DNA of 64,000 nt from contig CANRIX010000009.1 in NCBI GenBank assembly GCA_947630765.1, positions 10,214-74,213 on the forward strand. Direction: 5' to 3'. The DNA comes from an uncultured Clostridia bacterium. Lineage in GTDB: Bacteria > Bacillota > Clostridia > Oscillospirales > CAG-382. A model generated the notes under the pieces. That model was not told the origin of the DNA and made no database searches. It was given only the letters and a program-made list of their open reading frames with translations. Below are positions 1 through 8,373 of this stretch, in pieces; positions within the stretch are counted from its first letter, which is position 1, and every line of letters begins with the position of its first letter. Both the position numbers and the translations under genes were made by a program.

Positions 1-190
1 CGGCGTACTGTGCGGTAAATTCCCCAAATTCCCCGACGGGGGAGTATTTCTGGAAGACGACGCCGCCTTCCTCATTCGTAAAGATCTCCAACGGCTCGCC
101 CTCGCGGATGCGCAGGCTGCGGCGGATCTCCTTCGGGATCACGATCCGCCCGAGTTCGTCGATACGGCGAACGATTCCTGTTGCTTTCAT
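1..190 (-). CDS. spoVT: Stage V sporulation protein T (AbrB/SpoVT family regulator). Only the N-terminal part is present; the gene runs off the window edge.
   Basis: Reverse translation from the ATG at 190-188 gives MKATGIVRRIDELGRIVIPKEIRRSLRIREGEPLEIFTNEEGGVVFQKYSPVGEFGEFTAQYA. This is the SpoVT-type swapped-hairpin N-domain followed by the start of the GAF-like part. Confidence 0.8.
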   Translation of the reverse strand, partial: MKATGIVRRIDELGRIVIPKEIRRSLRIREGEPLEIFTNEEGGVVFQKYSPVGEFGEFTAQYA

Positions 191-366
191 AGTTTCATTC
201 TGCCTTTCCTATTTGCTTTCGTTGAACCTTCATTCGCCGTTAGTATTTGACGGGATTGCCTTTTTTATCCGCTCTTTTCGCAAAAAACGTCCAATTTTTC
301 GATACGCAAAAGCGCACGGGAACGTGTCCCGTGCGCCGTCGATTGTTCTTTTCCCCGGCGTGGAGG

Positions 367-1275
367 TTATTCGCCGGAGGAAAGTCCCCCTTCTTCTGAC
401 GGGTTTTGCGGCAATTCGGACGTCAGCAAAGGATCATATTCCTTCGCAGAATAAATTTTTCCAAAATCATATATTTCCCGCCAATTCTCAATACTATCGT
501 CTATTCCGAAAATCGGATCGGTCTCTCCCGCACGATTAATCAGGGCTTTCGCAAAGTCTTTATCTTCGGCGTAATTCGTCAGTTCCGCCCGCTGCGATTT
601 CAACCCGCCGAAATTTTGGACGTAGTACATATCGCCTTTTTCGTCGGTCAGCGCATACAGCGCCGTCGTCCAGCATCCGACGAGTCCGTACGCGTGGTCA
701 AAATCGAAGCTCCAAAGCGGGTCCCCGCGGTCGTCTACATTTTCAACGTACGCGACAAAAACCAGCAATTCCTCCCCCGCCGTGTACAACGGATAGTTAT
801 CAAAGGTATATTCAGAGGTCCCCATCTGCATCAGGATAAAGGAGTCGATCGGGTCGCCTTTATACTGCTCTTCGACGAATACCTCGAAGAAGCTGCTGTC
901 GAGCCATGTGTCCTCTCCGAGCCAGTCGCCGACACGGACACGGGCGACGATGTCGGAATCCTCGATGGCAGTTTCGAGGTCATATCGTTTTGCCAGCATA
1001 CCGCCCGCAGTCCCTTTCTGCCCATACCGCACAGGAGGAAGCACATATTCGGTGGATACGGTGTCCTGCGAAGGAGCAGCGGACGATTCTTCGGAAACCG
1101 GCGGTTCGGATTTGGACAGCGGCAGCATGACGGCAAGCAGCACGACGGCGCAGACCAGCACCAGCGCGCCGCCGGTCAGCAGAAACCGCCTGCGCGACTT
1201 TTGCGCCGCCTGATACTGAGACAGGCGGGCTTGCAGTTCCGCTTTCACCTGTTCCTGCGTTTTTCTCATAATCAA
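367..1275 (-). CDS. Membrane-anchored protein downstream of the ECF sigma factor; possible anti-sigma factor or co-regulated partner
   Basis: 302-aa ORF with a short cytoplasmic N-terminus and one TM helix (FLLTGGALVLVCAVVLLAVML), then an extracytoplasmic domain. It lies 52 nt downstream of the sigma gene on the same strand. No recognisable zinc-binding anti-sigma motif. Confidence 0.5.
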   Translation of the reverse strand: MIMRKTQEQVKAELQARLSQYQAAQKSRRRFLLTGGALVLVCAVVLLAVMLPLSKSEPPVSEESSAAPSQDTVSTEYVLPPVRYGQKGTAGGMLAKRYDLETAIEDSDIVARVRVGDWLGEDTWLDSSFFEVFVEEQYKGDPIDSFILMQMGTSEYTFDNYPLYTAGEELLVFVAYVENVDDRGDPLWSFDFDHAYGLVGCWTTALYALTDEKGDMYYVQNFGGLKSQRAELTNYAEDKDFAKALINRAGETDPIFGIDDSIENWREIYDFGKIYSAKEYDPLLTSELPQNPSEEGGLSSGE

Positions 1276-1327
1276 ATCTCCTTTTCTTGCCCGTTTCCGC
1301 GTGGCAGCGCGTCGGGCTTTTACTTTT

Positions 1328-1876
1328 TTATTTGTTTACCATATTTTGGAGCACTTCGCTTTGTCGCAAAGCGTTCTTGGCACGGGTCAGCAGGTTATCC
1401 ACCTGCTTGCGGTTCTTGCGCATGACGCGTGCCGCCTCTTCGTAGGTGAGGTCCTCGAAGTAAACGAGATGGACCGCCTCCCGCAGCTCCTCCGGCAATT
1501 GCTCCAATTCCCGCATCAGGACCCGATTCCGTTCGTCGGTCAGCAGGTCCTCCTCGAGTGACGCGCGGTCTGCCAATTCCTCCGCGTCATCGACGGAAAC
1601 GGTGTGAAAATGGTCGCGCTTGCGCAGATAGTTGAGCGCTTTGTTGCGGGCGATGGCGAACAGGTACGCATTCAGGGGCGTGCGAAAATGGTAACGGTTC
1701 CGGTGGATCAACAGTTCGAGCAGGGTATCGACCGCGAGGTCCTCCGCGGCATGGAAGTCCTGCGTGAAACGGTTGATATAGTACGCCAGCCGGTCAAAAT
1801 AGATTTTTTGCACCTCGTCGAATGCGGACTCGTCGCCCTCCAGAAAACGGCGGTAGCTACTTGCACCGTCCTCCAT
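1328..1876 (-). CDS. RNA polymerase sigma-70 factor, ECF subfamily
   Basis: 182 aa. Region 2 (AEDLAVDTLLELL...YLFAIARNKALNYLRK) and region 4 (LPEELREAVHLVYFEDLTYEEAARVM) are both recognisable. Confidence 0.85.
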   Translation of the reverse strand: MEDGASSYRRFLEGDESAFDEVQKIYFDRLAYYINRFTQDFHAAEDLAVDTLLELLIHRNRYHFRTPLNAYLFAIARNKALNYLRKRDHFHTVSVDDAEELADRASLEEDLLTDERNRVLMRELEQLPEELREAVHLVYFEDLTYEEAARVMRKNRKQVDNLLTRAKNALRQSEVLQNMVNK

Positions 1877-1987
1877 GGTGATACATCTCCTTTCCTTTTT
1901 GGTTCTCTCCCGCGAGGGGGTTTCATCTATAAATACACGCGAAAAGGAGAAATTCCTTGCGAAACGGGGAAATTTTTTCGATTTTCT

Positions 1988-2173
1988 TCAATTCTGTTTG
2001 CGGACCGTGCCGTACTCGTCGTACTTGCGGAAGTACGGGCATTTTTCCGACGCGTAGAGGCGGCAAAGCTCGTCCTCGTCGAACGGCAGGGCGCAAAGGT
2101 CGGTGTCCGCGTCCTCGTCGTAGCGGAAGTAGACGCAGTCCTCGCATTCGGGGAAGGCAGATTCGGTAGGCAT
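1988..2173 (-). CDS. Small acidic Cys-rich protein (possibly DUF6472-like, recalled from memory)
   Basis: MPTESAFPECEDCVYFRYDEDADTDLCALPFDEDELCRLYASEKCPYFRKYDEYG. The internal ATG at 2173 has a GGAG RBS about 8 nt upstream. The longer ORF-track start at 2221 lacks one. Confidence 0.45.
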   Translation of the reverse strand: MPTESAFPECEDCVYFRYDEDADTDLCALPFDEDELCRLYASEKCPYFRKYDEYGTVRKQN

Positions 2174-2264
2174 ATGAAAAACGCTCCTTTCGGTCGTCAA
2201 AGCAATACCGCCGCAAGGCACCCTCGCGGCGGTATACGGAAAAACGGGTCGGCGGCTTTGCCGG

Positions 2265-4031
2265 TCAGCCCTTGGCTTTGGTGTCGCGCTCGACGGTGAT
2301 GCGTTCGAGGAACGCCGCCGGGTCGACCGTGCCGAGGTTGCCGTCCTTGCGCGAACGGACGGCGTAGGTGCCGTTCTGCGCTTCCTCGTCGCCGAGGACC
2401 AGCATATACGGGATCTTTTCGAGCTGCGCTTCGCGGATCTTGTAGCCGATCTTCTCGCTGCGGGTGTCCACCGTGACGCGGAAGCCCGCTTTCCGCAGGG
2501 CGTCGCGGCAGGCGAACGCGTAGTCGTTGTGGCGGTCGGCGATCGGCAGGATCCGGACCTGTTCGGGCATAAGCCAGAGCGGAAGCGCCCCCGCGTACTT
2601 CTCGATCAGGTACGCGAGCGTGCGCTCGTAGCAGCCGAGGCTGGTGCGGTGAATGATATACGGGGTCTTGCTGGTGTTGTCCGAATCCGTGTACTCCATG
2701 CCGAAGCGCTTGGCGAGCAGGAGGTCGATCTGGATCGTGACAAGCGTATCCTCCTTGCCGTAGACGTTGTGGTACTGGATATCCAGCTTCGGACCGTAGA
2801 AGGCGGCTTCGTCGATGCCGACGGTGTATTCCACGCCGAGGTGGTCGAGGATGCGACCCATGATGGACTGCGCTTCCTCCCACTGTTCGGGGGTGCCTTC
2901 GTACTTGTTTTTCGGGTTCGCCGGATCCCACTGGGAGAAGCGGAAGGTGCAGTCCTCCAGCAGTCCGACCGTGTCCAGACAGTACTTCGCCAGCTCCAGA
3001 CAGCCCTTGAATTCCTCCTCGAGCTGGTCGGGACGCAGGATATAATGCCCCTCGGAGATCGTGAACTGCCGCACGCGGATCAGCCCGTGCATCTCGCCGG
3101 AATCCTCGTTGCGGAACAGGGTGGAGGTTTCGGTCAGGCGCATCGGCAGGTCGCGGTAGGAGCGCTTCTCGTTGAGGTAGACCTGGTACTGGAACGGGCA
3201 GGTCATCGGGCGGAGGGCGAAGCAGTCCTTGGTTTCGTCGTTCGGGTCGCCGATGATGAACATCCCGTCGAGGTAGTGGTCCCAGTGCCCGGAAATCTGG
3301 TAGAGGTCCCGCTTCGCCATGAGCGGGGTCTTGGTCAGGATACAGCCGAGGCTTTCCTCGAGGTCCTCGATCCAACGCTGCATCAGCTGCACGACGCGAG
3401 CGCCCTTCGGCAGCAGGATCGGCAGCCCCTGCCCGACGACGTCGACCGTCGTGAAGTAGCCGAGTTCGCGTCCGAGCCGGTTGTGGTCCCGCTTCTTCGC
3501 CTCCTCCTGGGCGGCGAGATAGGCGTCGAGCTCCTCCTTCGTGAAGAAGGCGGTGCCGTAGATGCGGGTGAGCATCTTGCGGTTGGAATCCCCGCGCCAG
3601 TACGCGCCGGTCGCGGAGGTCAGCTTGAACGCCTTGACCTTTTTGGTGTAGGCGACGTGCGGTCCGGCGCACAGGTCGGTGAAGTCGCCCTGCCGGTAGA
3701 AGGAAATTTCCTCGCCCTCCGGGAGGTCGTTGATCAGTTCGAGCTTGTACGGTTCGTCCTTCATCAGTTCAAGCGCTTCCGCGCGGGGCAGGGTGAAGCG
3801 CTCGATCCGCAGGTTCGCCTTGATGATGGACTTCATTTCCGCTTCGATCGCGTCGAAGTCCTCCGCCGTGAAGGGCTTGCCGGCGCAGTCGAAATCGTAG
3901 TAGAAGCCGTTGTCGATGGCGGGACCGATGGCAAGTTTGGTGTCCGGGTAAAGGTGTTTGACGGCCTGCGCGAGGATATGCGAGCAGGAATGCCGCATGG
4001 TGCGCAGTTCGTCGTAGACAATGTCGCTCAT
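2265..4031 (-). CDS. thrS: Threonine--tRNA ligase, short form without an N-terminal TGS domain
   Basis: 588 aa. It starts near the editing-domain HxxxH motif (RHSCSHILAQAV), followed by a class II catalytic core and an anticodon-binding domain. Confidence 0.95.
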   Translation of the reverse strand: MSDIVYDELRTMRHSCSHILAQAVKHLYPDTKLAIGPAIDNGFYYDFDCAGKPFTAEDFDAIEAEMKSIIKANLRIERFTLPRAEALELMKDEPYKLELINDLPEGEEISFYRQGDFTDLCAGPHVAYTKKVKAFKLTSATGAYWRGDSNRKMLTRIYGTAFFTKEELDAYLAAQEEAKKRDHNRLGRELGYFTTVDVVGQGLPILLPKGARVVQLMQRWIEDLEESLGCILTKTPLMAKRDLYQISGHWDHYLDGMFIIGDPNDETKDCFALRPMTCPFQYQVYLNEKRSYRDLPMRLTETSTLFRNEDSGEMHGLIRVRQFTISEGHYILRPDQLEEEFKGCLELAKYCLDTVGLLEDCTFRFSQWDPANPKNKYEGTPEQWEEAQSIMGRILDHLGVEYTVGIDEAAFYGPKLDIQYHNVYGKEDTLVTIQIDLLLAKRFGMEYTDSDNTSKTPYIIHRTSLGCYERTLAYLIEKYAGALPLWLMPEQVRILPIADRHNDYAFACRDALRKAGFRVTVDTRSEKIGYKIREAQLEKIPYMLVLGDEEAQNGTYAVRSRKDGNLGTVDPAAFLERITVERDTKAKG

Positions 4032-4993
4032 GATTGGTCGTATCCTTTCTGTAAACGTGCGGGGAATTTTGCGTCCGTCGGCGGCGGGGCGCCGTTGAAC
4101 AGCGCTCGCGCAGCGGCGGCGGCGCCGAGGTACGGTTCGCGGTCGAGGACGAACAGTTCCGCCTGCGGCGGGGTCTTTTCCCGCAGCAGCGGAAGGGTCA
4201 GCGGGTCGCGGAACAGTCCGCCCGCGAGCGCGGTGCGGAAGGGAGCCCCGTCGAAGCAGCGCGCGGCGGCGGAAATCAGTTCGGCGACGTAGTGCAGGTT
4301 TTCGCGCAGGATGGCGAGCGCCGCCCCGTCGCTATGCTCCCGCGCCGCTTCAAAGACCAGCGGCGCGTAGGAAGCGAATTGGTTCTTGGTAAAATCGTTG
4401 ATCTCGATGATGTGCGCGTGGCAGTCGCCGCCGAACCGTTCGTGCAGCGCCTGCGCCAGCCAGCCGGACGCGTCCCGACCGTCCATCGCGCGAAAGACGT
4501 GCGCGAACGCGGCGCGGCCGATCTCGTAGCCGTTGCCCTTCAGGTCAAACTGCCCGCACCCGCCGATGCGGTACAGCGAATCCCCCCGGCGGACGAAGCA
4601 GGACGACCCGGTGCCGCAGATGACGGACACGCCGTCCTCGCCGTCCGGGAACGCCGCGTACAGGACGTTGATCCCGTCGTGCGAGCAATCGACGGCGGCA
4701 CGCGGATACGCCCGCCGAAGCGCCGCGCGGAACCGGGGCGCACAGTCGCCCGCGGACAGTCCGGCGACCCCGGCGAATACCGCCGCGACCGCTTCCGACG
4801 GCACGCCCGCCTCCCGGCGGACCTCGTCAAAGGCGGAAAGCAGCAGGCGCTCGGTCGCGTCGTAGCCGATGTCGCCCGGATTCGAGCGGGGAAAGGACTT
4901 GCAGTGCTTTACCCGCAAGTCGAGGTCGGTCAGCACGACGGCGGTCTTGCTCCCGCCGCCGTCCGCGCCGAGCAGATAGCGGTCGGTCGTCAT
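4028..4993 (-). CDS. BadF/BadG/BcrA/BcrD-type ATPase (N-acetylglucosamine kinase-like)
   Basis: 321 aa with the N-terminal phosphate-1 motif LLGADGGGSKT and ICGTGS. It overlaps the thrS start by 4 nt. Confidence 0.75.
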   Translation of the reverse strand: MTTDRYLLGADGGGSKTAVVLTDLDLRVKHCKSFPRSNPGDIGYDATERLLLSAFDEVRREAGVPSEAVAAVFAGVAGLSAGDCAPRFRAALRRAYPRAAVDCSHDGINVLYAAFPDGEDGVSVICGTGSSCFVRRGDSLYRIGGCGQFDLKGNGYEIGRAAFAHVFRAMDGRDASGWLAQALHERFGGDCHAHIIEINDFTKNQFASYAPLVFEAAREHSDGAALAILRENLHYVAELISAAARCFDGAPFRTALAGGLFRDPLTLPLLREKTPPQAELFVLDREPYLGAAAAARALFNGAPPPTDAKFPARLQKGYDQS

Positions 4994-5490
4994 TTCGCGT
5001 CGGGGTCCTTCGGGTCCTTCTCCGAGAGCATGCCCTTGATGTCCTCGAGCACGGCGAGGGTCTTTTCCTCGACGGTCGGTTCCGGCGGAGCGGCGGGCGC
5101 TTCCTCCGCTTCCTTTCGGTGCAGGGATTCCATCTTCTTCTGGAAGCTCATGGAAGCCCGCAGCACGACGAACAGCGTCAGCGCGACGATCAGGAAATTG
5201 ATGATGAACGAGATGAACGCGCCGTAGCGGATCGCGACTTCGGGCGTGACGACGGTTTCCCCGTCCATGACGGCGGGCGTGATGACCGCCTTGAGGTCGG
5301 CGATGTCCTGCGTATTGCAGATCAGGCCGACGACGGGCATGAGGATGTCGTTGACCAGCGACGTGACGATCTGGTTGAACGCGGTACCGATGATCACGCC
5401 GACGGCCATGTCGAGGATGTTGCCCTTGGTGATGAACGCCTTGAAATCGTGGAAGAACCCGGTCACTTTATTCCCTTTCTTGCCGGCCAT
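4990..5490 (-). CDS. mscL: Large-conductance mechanosensitive channel
   Basis: FKAFITKGNILDMAVGVIIGTAFNQIVTSLVNDILMP... is the MscL signature. Only the last 166 codons of the 520-aa track ORF are used, starting at the ATG at 5490. Confidence 0.9.
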   Translation of the reverse strand: MAGKKGNKVTGFFHDFKAFITKGNILDMAVGVIIGTAFNQIVTSLVNDILMPVVGLICNTQDIADLKAVITPAVMDGETVVTPEVAIRYGAFISFIINFLIVALTLFVVLRASMSFQKKMESLHRKEAEEAPAAPPEPTVEEKTLAVLEDIKGMLSEKDPKDPDAK

Positions 5491-5507
5491 ATGTACGTCC
5501 CTCCCCC

Positions 5508-5702
5508 TCAGGCGACCGCCGCGTTCAGCTTCTCCAGCAGGGCGGCGACGTCGGTCCCGTGCACGTCGCAGGCTTCCTCGATGCTCTCCCCGCGGGAATG
5601 CGGGCAGCCGAGGCAGTGCATACCGATCTCGAAGAAGTAGACGGCAAGGTCGGGATACTGATCCAGCACGTCGCCGATCAGCATATCTTTTGTGATTTTC
5701 AT
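5508..5702 (-). CDS. DUF1858 / hybrid-cluster-protein-associated redox disulfide domain protein
   Basis: 64 aa: MKITKDMLIGDVLDQYPDLAVYFFEIGMHCLGCPHSRGESIEEAC. Confidence 0.7.
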   Translation of the reverse strand: MKITKDMLIGDVLDQYPDLAVYFFEIGMHCLGCPHSRGESIEEACDVHGTDVAALLEKLNAAVA

Positions 5703-5729
5703 GATAGCAAGCTCCTTTTTCGTTTTCTT

Positions 5730-8327
5730 TTATCTTTTTTCTTTCTTTTTTCGGTTGGAACGGATCAGCAGGAACAGCTGTACGCAAAGCTGCCACCCGG
5801 CGGCGAATCCGACGGTGAGCAGGGCGCTTCGAAGCGTCGGCAGGGAAAATCCCAGCGCGGTGTTCAGCCCCGGCAGGGCGACCAGCGCGAGCGTCAGCAG
5901 CGCGAGGACCGGGAAAAGCACCCAGAAAAGGCGGTATCCGAACCGCTTGCGCCGGAACGCGCCCTCCGGCCACAGGCAGCCGCAGGCGTAGAGGAACTGC
6001 GAAAGCAGGAAGAAGAGCATTCCGCAGGTCTCGCTTTCGGTCAGGGCGGCGAGGACCGTCAGGCAGATCCCGCTGCCCAGCGCGTAGGCGAACGACGGCA
6101 GCAGGGTACGCAGGCTCAGTCCGCCACCGGGCGTTGGAAACGGCTGAAAAAGCAGTTTGCGGTCCACCGGCAGCAGCGAAATCGCGCAGGCGAGCACCAA
6201 ATTGACGAACAGCCCGCCGTACAGCAGCTCCGGCAACCCGAGCGGCAGCGGCGTTCCGGCACACAGCGACGCGAAAATCGACAGGAACAGCGTCGACGCC
6301 CCGGCGGTCAGGTACCGCGCGAGCCAAAGCAGGCGGAAGCAGAGCGCACGGGCGTCGGTAATGCCGTTGGCGGTCACATGGAAGCCGTTCTCCAGCAGCA
6401 GCACGTCGGCGGACTCCCGCAGCGCGTCGCACGCCCCGGCGGGCACGGCGGACACGTCCGCTTCCCGCAGCAGCGGCAGCTCCTCCTCGCGGGAGGCGAT
6501 GGCGGCGACGGTCCGTCCCGCGCTTTTGCGCAGCTGCAGAACGTCCTGCCATTGGTCGTCGTCCGGCTCTAAGAACAGTTTATATTTCCCCGCGTTCAGC
6601 ACGAACATACCCCGTTCCTGCGCTTTGATCTCGCGGGAACTGACGACCTGCCCCTCGCTTTCGATGATCCCGGCGCTGCGGCCGACGCTGACGGCGGTAT
6701 AGTAGGGGTCGGAAGTGGAGACAACCGCTTCGATCCCCGCCCGCGCACAGCGGAACACGGCGCTTGCCGGGTCGACCTCCATCGAAAGCGCAAACGCGAG
6801 GAAGCCTCGGAAGATCAGCCTGCGCTCCGCTTCGGGGGCGCGCAGGGTGTCCGCGTCGGTGATCCCGGACGCGACGGCGACGAGAAAGGCGTTGGTTTTC
6901 GCGGCGTTCTCCGCAGCCGAAAGGATTTTCCGCCGTGCGACGGCGTCGAGGCGGTACTCCTTGCCGTCCTGTGCATACCCGGCGCAGCGGGAGATGATAT
7001 TTTCCGGCGCGCCCTTGACGACGACGTTGTTATGGTCGTCGTGCAGCGCGAGCACGCCGCAGACGTCGCCGGTCCCGGCGTAATCGAATTCGATGCGGAA
7101 CCACTTGTCGGTCAGGTCGTCCATCGCGACGCAGGCGTCCTTGAGGTAGTCGTAAGCGACCTGCTCGAACGGACGGCGGCTTTTCGGGTGCGCGGAGCAG
7201 ATCAGCGAGAGCTTGAGCAGGTCCTGCACAGCGGGGACCGGCGGGCCTTCCGTCTGGAAGGTCTTGCCGGCGGCGTAGACGCTTTGCAGCTTGGTCCTGC
7301 GGGGCGGGAACATCAGTTCCTGCGGGCACATGACCGTGTCGACCGACGCGAGCTTGGAGACGCGGTCCATGTTGCGGACGATCAGCTTGTCCTTCGCCAT
7401 GCCGCGCAGCCCCACGCCGAAGGACATCAGCGCAAGCGACAGCGCCGTATCGCACAGCGACGCGCCGCCCGCGGCGGCTGTCAGCGCGAACAGCAGATTC
7501 ACGTCCGCCTTTCGGACCGCCCCGAACGCGACCAGCAGCAGGCACGCGAGGATGCAGGCGATCGACGTACAGCGGCAGAACTCCCGCACGCCGCGCAGCA
7601 GCGGCGGCAGATACTCCTCCCGCCGGGCGTGGATCTGGCGGGTCAGCGTGTTCCCGCCGGTCCGGCAGACCATCGCTTTACAGCTTCCGCCGGTCAGAAT
7701 GGTCCCGGCGTAGATCATGTTGGCGGAAACGGACTCGTCCTCCCGACCGACCGCGTAGACGTGCTTGCGCACGCTGTTCCGCTCCCCGCTGACCGGCGTT
7801 TCCAGCGCCGTCAGGTCCCCGGTCGCGTCCACCAGACGGGCGTCGGCGGGGACGAGGCACCCCTTTTGCAGCAGGATCAGGTCGCCGGGGACCAGCAGTC
7901 GGCTGTCCAGCCGCTTCTCCGCGCCGCCGCGCACGGTCCGCACGGACAGCGAAGCGTATTTTCCCGGCACGTTCAGCGCCCCCGCCGCGCGGGATTCGAC
8001 GAACGCGCCAAACAGCATCAGCGCGACGGTCGCGCCCACCCCGACGAGGTAGAGCGTTTCCTGCGTGAACAGGAACAGCAGCAGCATCGCGACGAGCAGG
8101 AACAGGTTGTTGAGCCCCTTGCATTGGTTCTTGAGGCTTTGCGAGAAACGAATATCGATCTCGTTGCGGATCCGGTTCTTGCCGAACCGCCGCAGACGCG
8201 CCCGCGCCGTCTTTTCGCTCAACCCGGCGATCGGATCGCTCCGAAGCTGTTCGGCGACCTCCTCGGGGGTGAGCGTCTGCGGCGGAAACTCCGCCTGCGC
8301 GGTGGAATTGTCGGAGATTCCCTGCAT
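5730..8327 (-). CDS. P-type ATPase homologue (Ca/cation-ATPase architecture) with degenerate catalytic motifs
   Basis: 865 aa. It has a Cation_ATPase_N-like start (LTPEEVAEQL...GLSEKTARARLRRFGKN), the KGAPE motif and about 10 TM segments. DKTGT, TGES and GDGxND are all replaced (see the finding at 5730-8327). Confidence 0.8.
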   Translation of the reverse strand: MQGISDNSTAQAEFPPQTLTPEEVAEQLRSDPIAGLSEKTARARLRRFGKNRIRNEIDIRFSQSLKNQCKGLNNLFLLVAMLLLFLFTQETLYLVGVGATVALMLFGAFVESRAAGALNVPGKYASLSVRTVRGGAEKRLDSRLLVPGDLILLQKGCLVPADARLVDATGDLTALETPVSGERNSVRKHVYAVGREDESVSANMIYAGTILTGGSCKAMVCRTGGNTLTRQIHARREEYLPPLLRGVREFCRCTSIACILACLLLVAFGAVRKADVNLLFALTAAAGGASLCDTALSLALMSFGVGLRGMAKDKLIVRNMDRVSKLASVDTVMCPQELMFPPRRTKLQSVYAAGKTFQTEGPPVPAVQDLLKLSLICSAHPKSRRPFEQVAYDYLKDACVAMDDLTDKWFRIEFDYAGTGDVCGVLALHDDHNNVVVKGAPENIISRCAGYAQDGKEYRLDAVARRKILSAAENAAKTNAFLVAVASGITDADTLRAPEAERRLIFRGFLAFALSMEVDPASAVFRCARAGIEAVVSTSDPYYTAVSVGRSAGIIESEGQVVSSREIKAQERGMFVLNAGKYKLFLEPDDDQWQDVLQLRKSAGRTVAAIASREEELPLLREADVSAVPAGACDALRESADVLLLENGFHVTANGITDARALCFRLLWLARYLTAGASTLFLSIFASLCAGTPLPLGLPELLYGGLFVNLVLACAISLLPVDRKLLFQPFPTPGGGLSLRTLLPSFAYALGSGICLTVLAALTESETCGMLFFLLSQFLYACGCLWPEGAFRRKRFGYRLFWVLFPVLALLTLALVALPGLNTALGFSLPTLRSALLTVGFAAGWQLCVQLFLLIRSNRKKKEKR

Positions 8328-8373
8328 GACGGGCTGTTCCTTTCCAGATAACGTTGAGAATACTTTTCCGCCC

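Noticed and set aside
2197-4292. Long ORFs overlapping thrS in other frames or on the other strand (491 aa on the minus strand, 587 aa on the plus strand)
   Set aside because: They are Arg/Pro/Gly/Ala-rich with no recognisable motifs, and lie opposite or out of frame with a clearly identified ThrRS. This is typical of stop-codon-poor high-GC DNA.
4990-6552. 520-aa minus-strand ORF that would extend mscL far upstream
   Set aside because: Only the last 166 codons look like MscL. The upstream part is Arg/Ala-rich and overlaps DUF1858 and the 3' end of the P-type ATPase gene.
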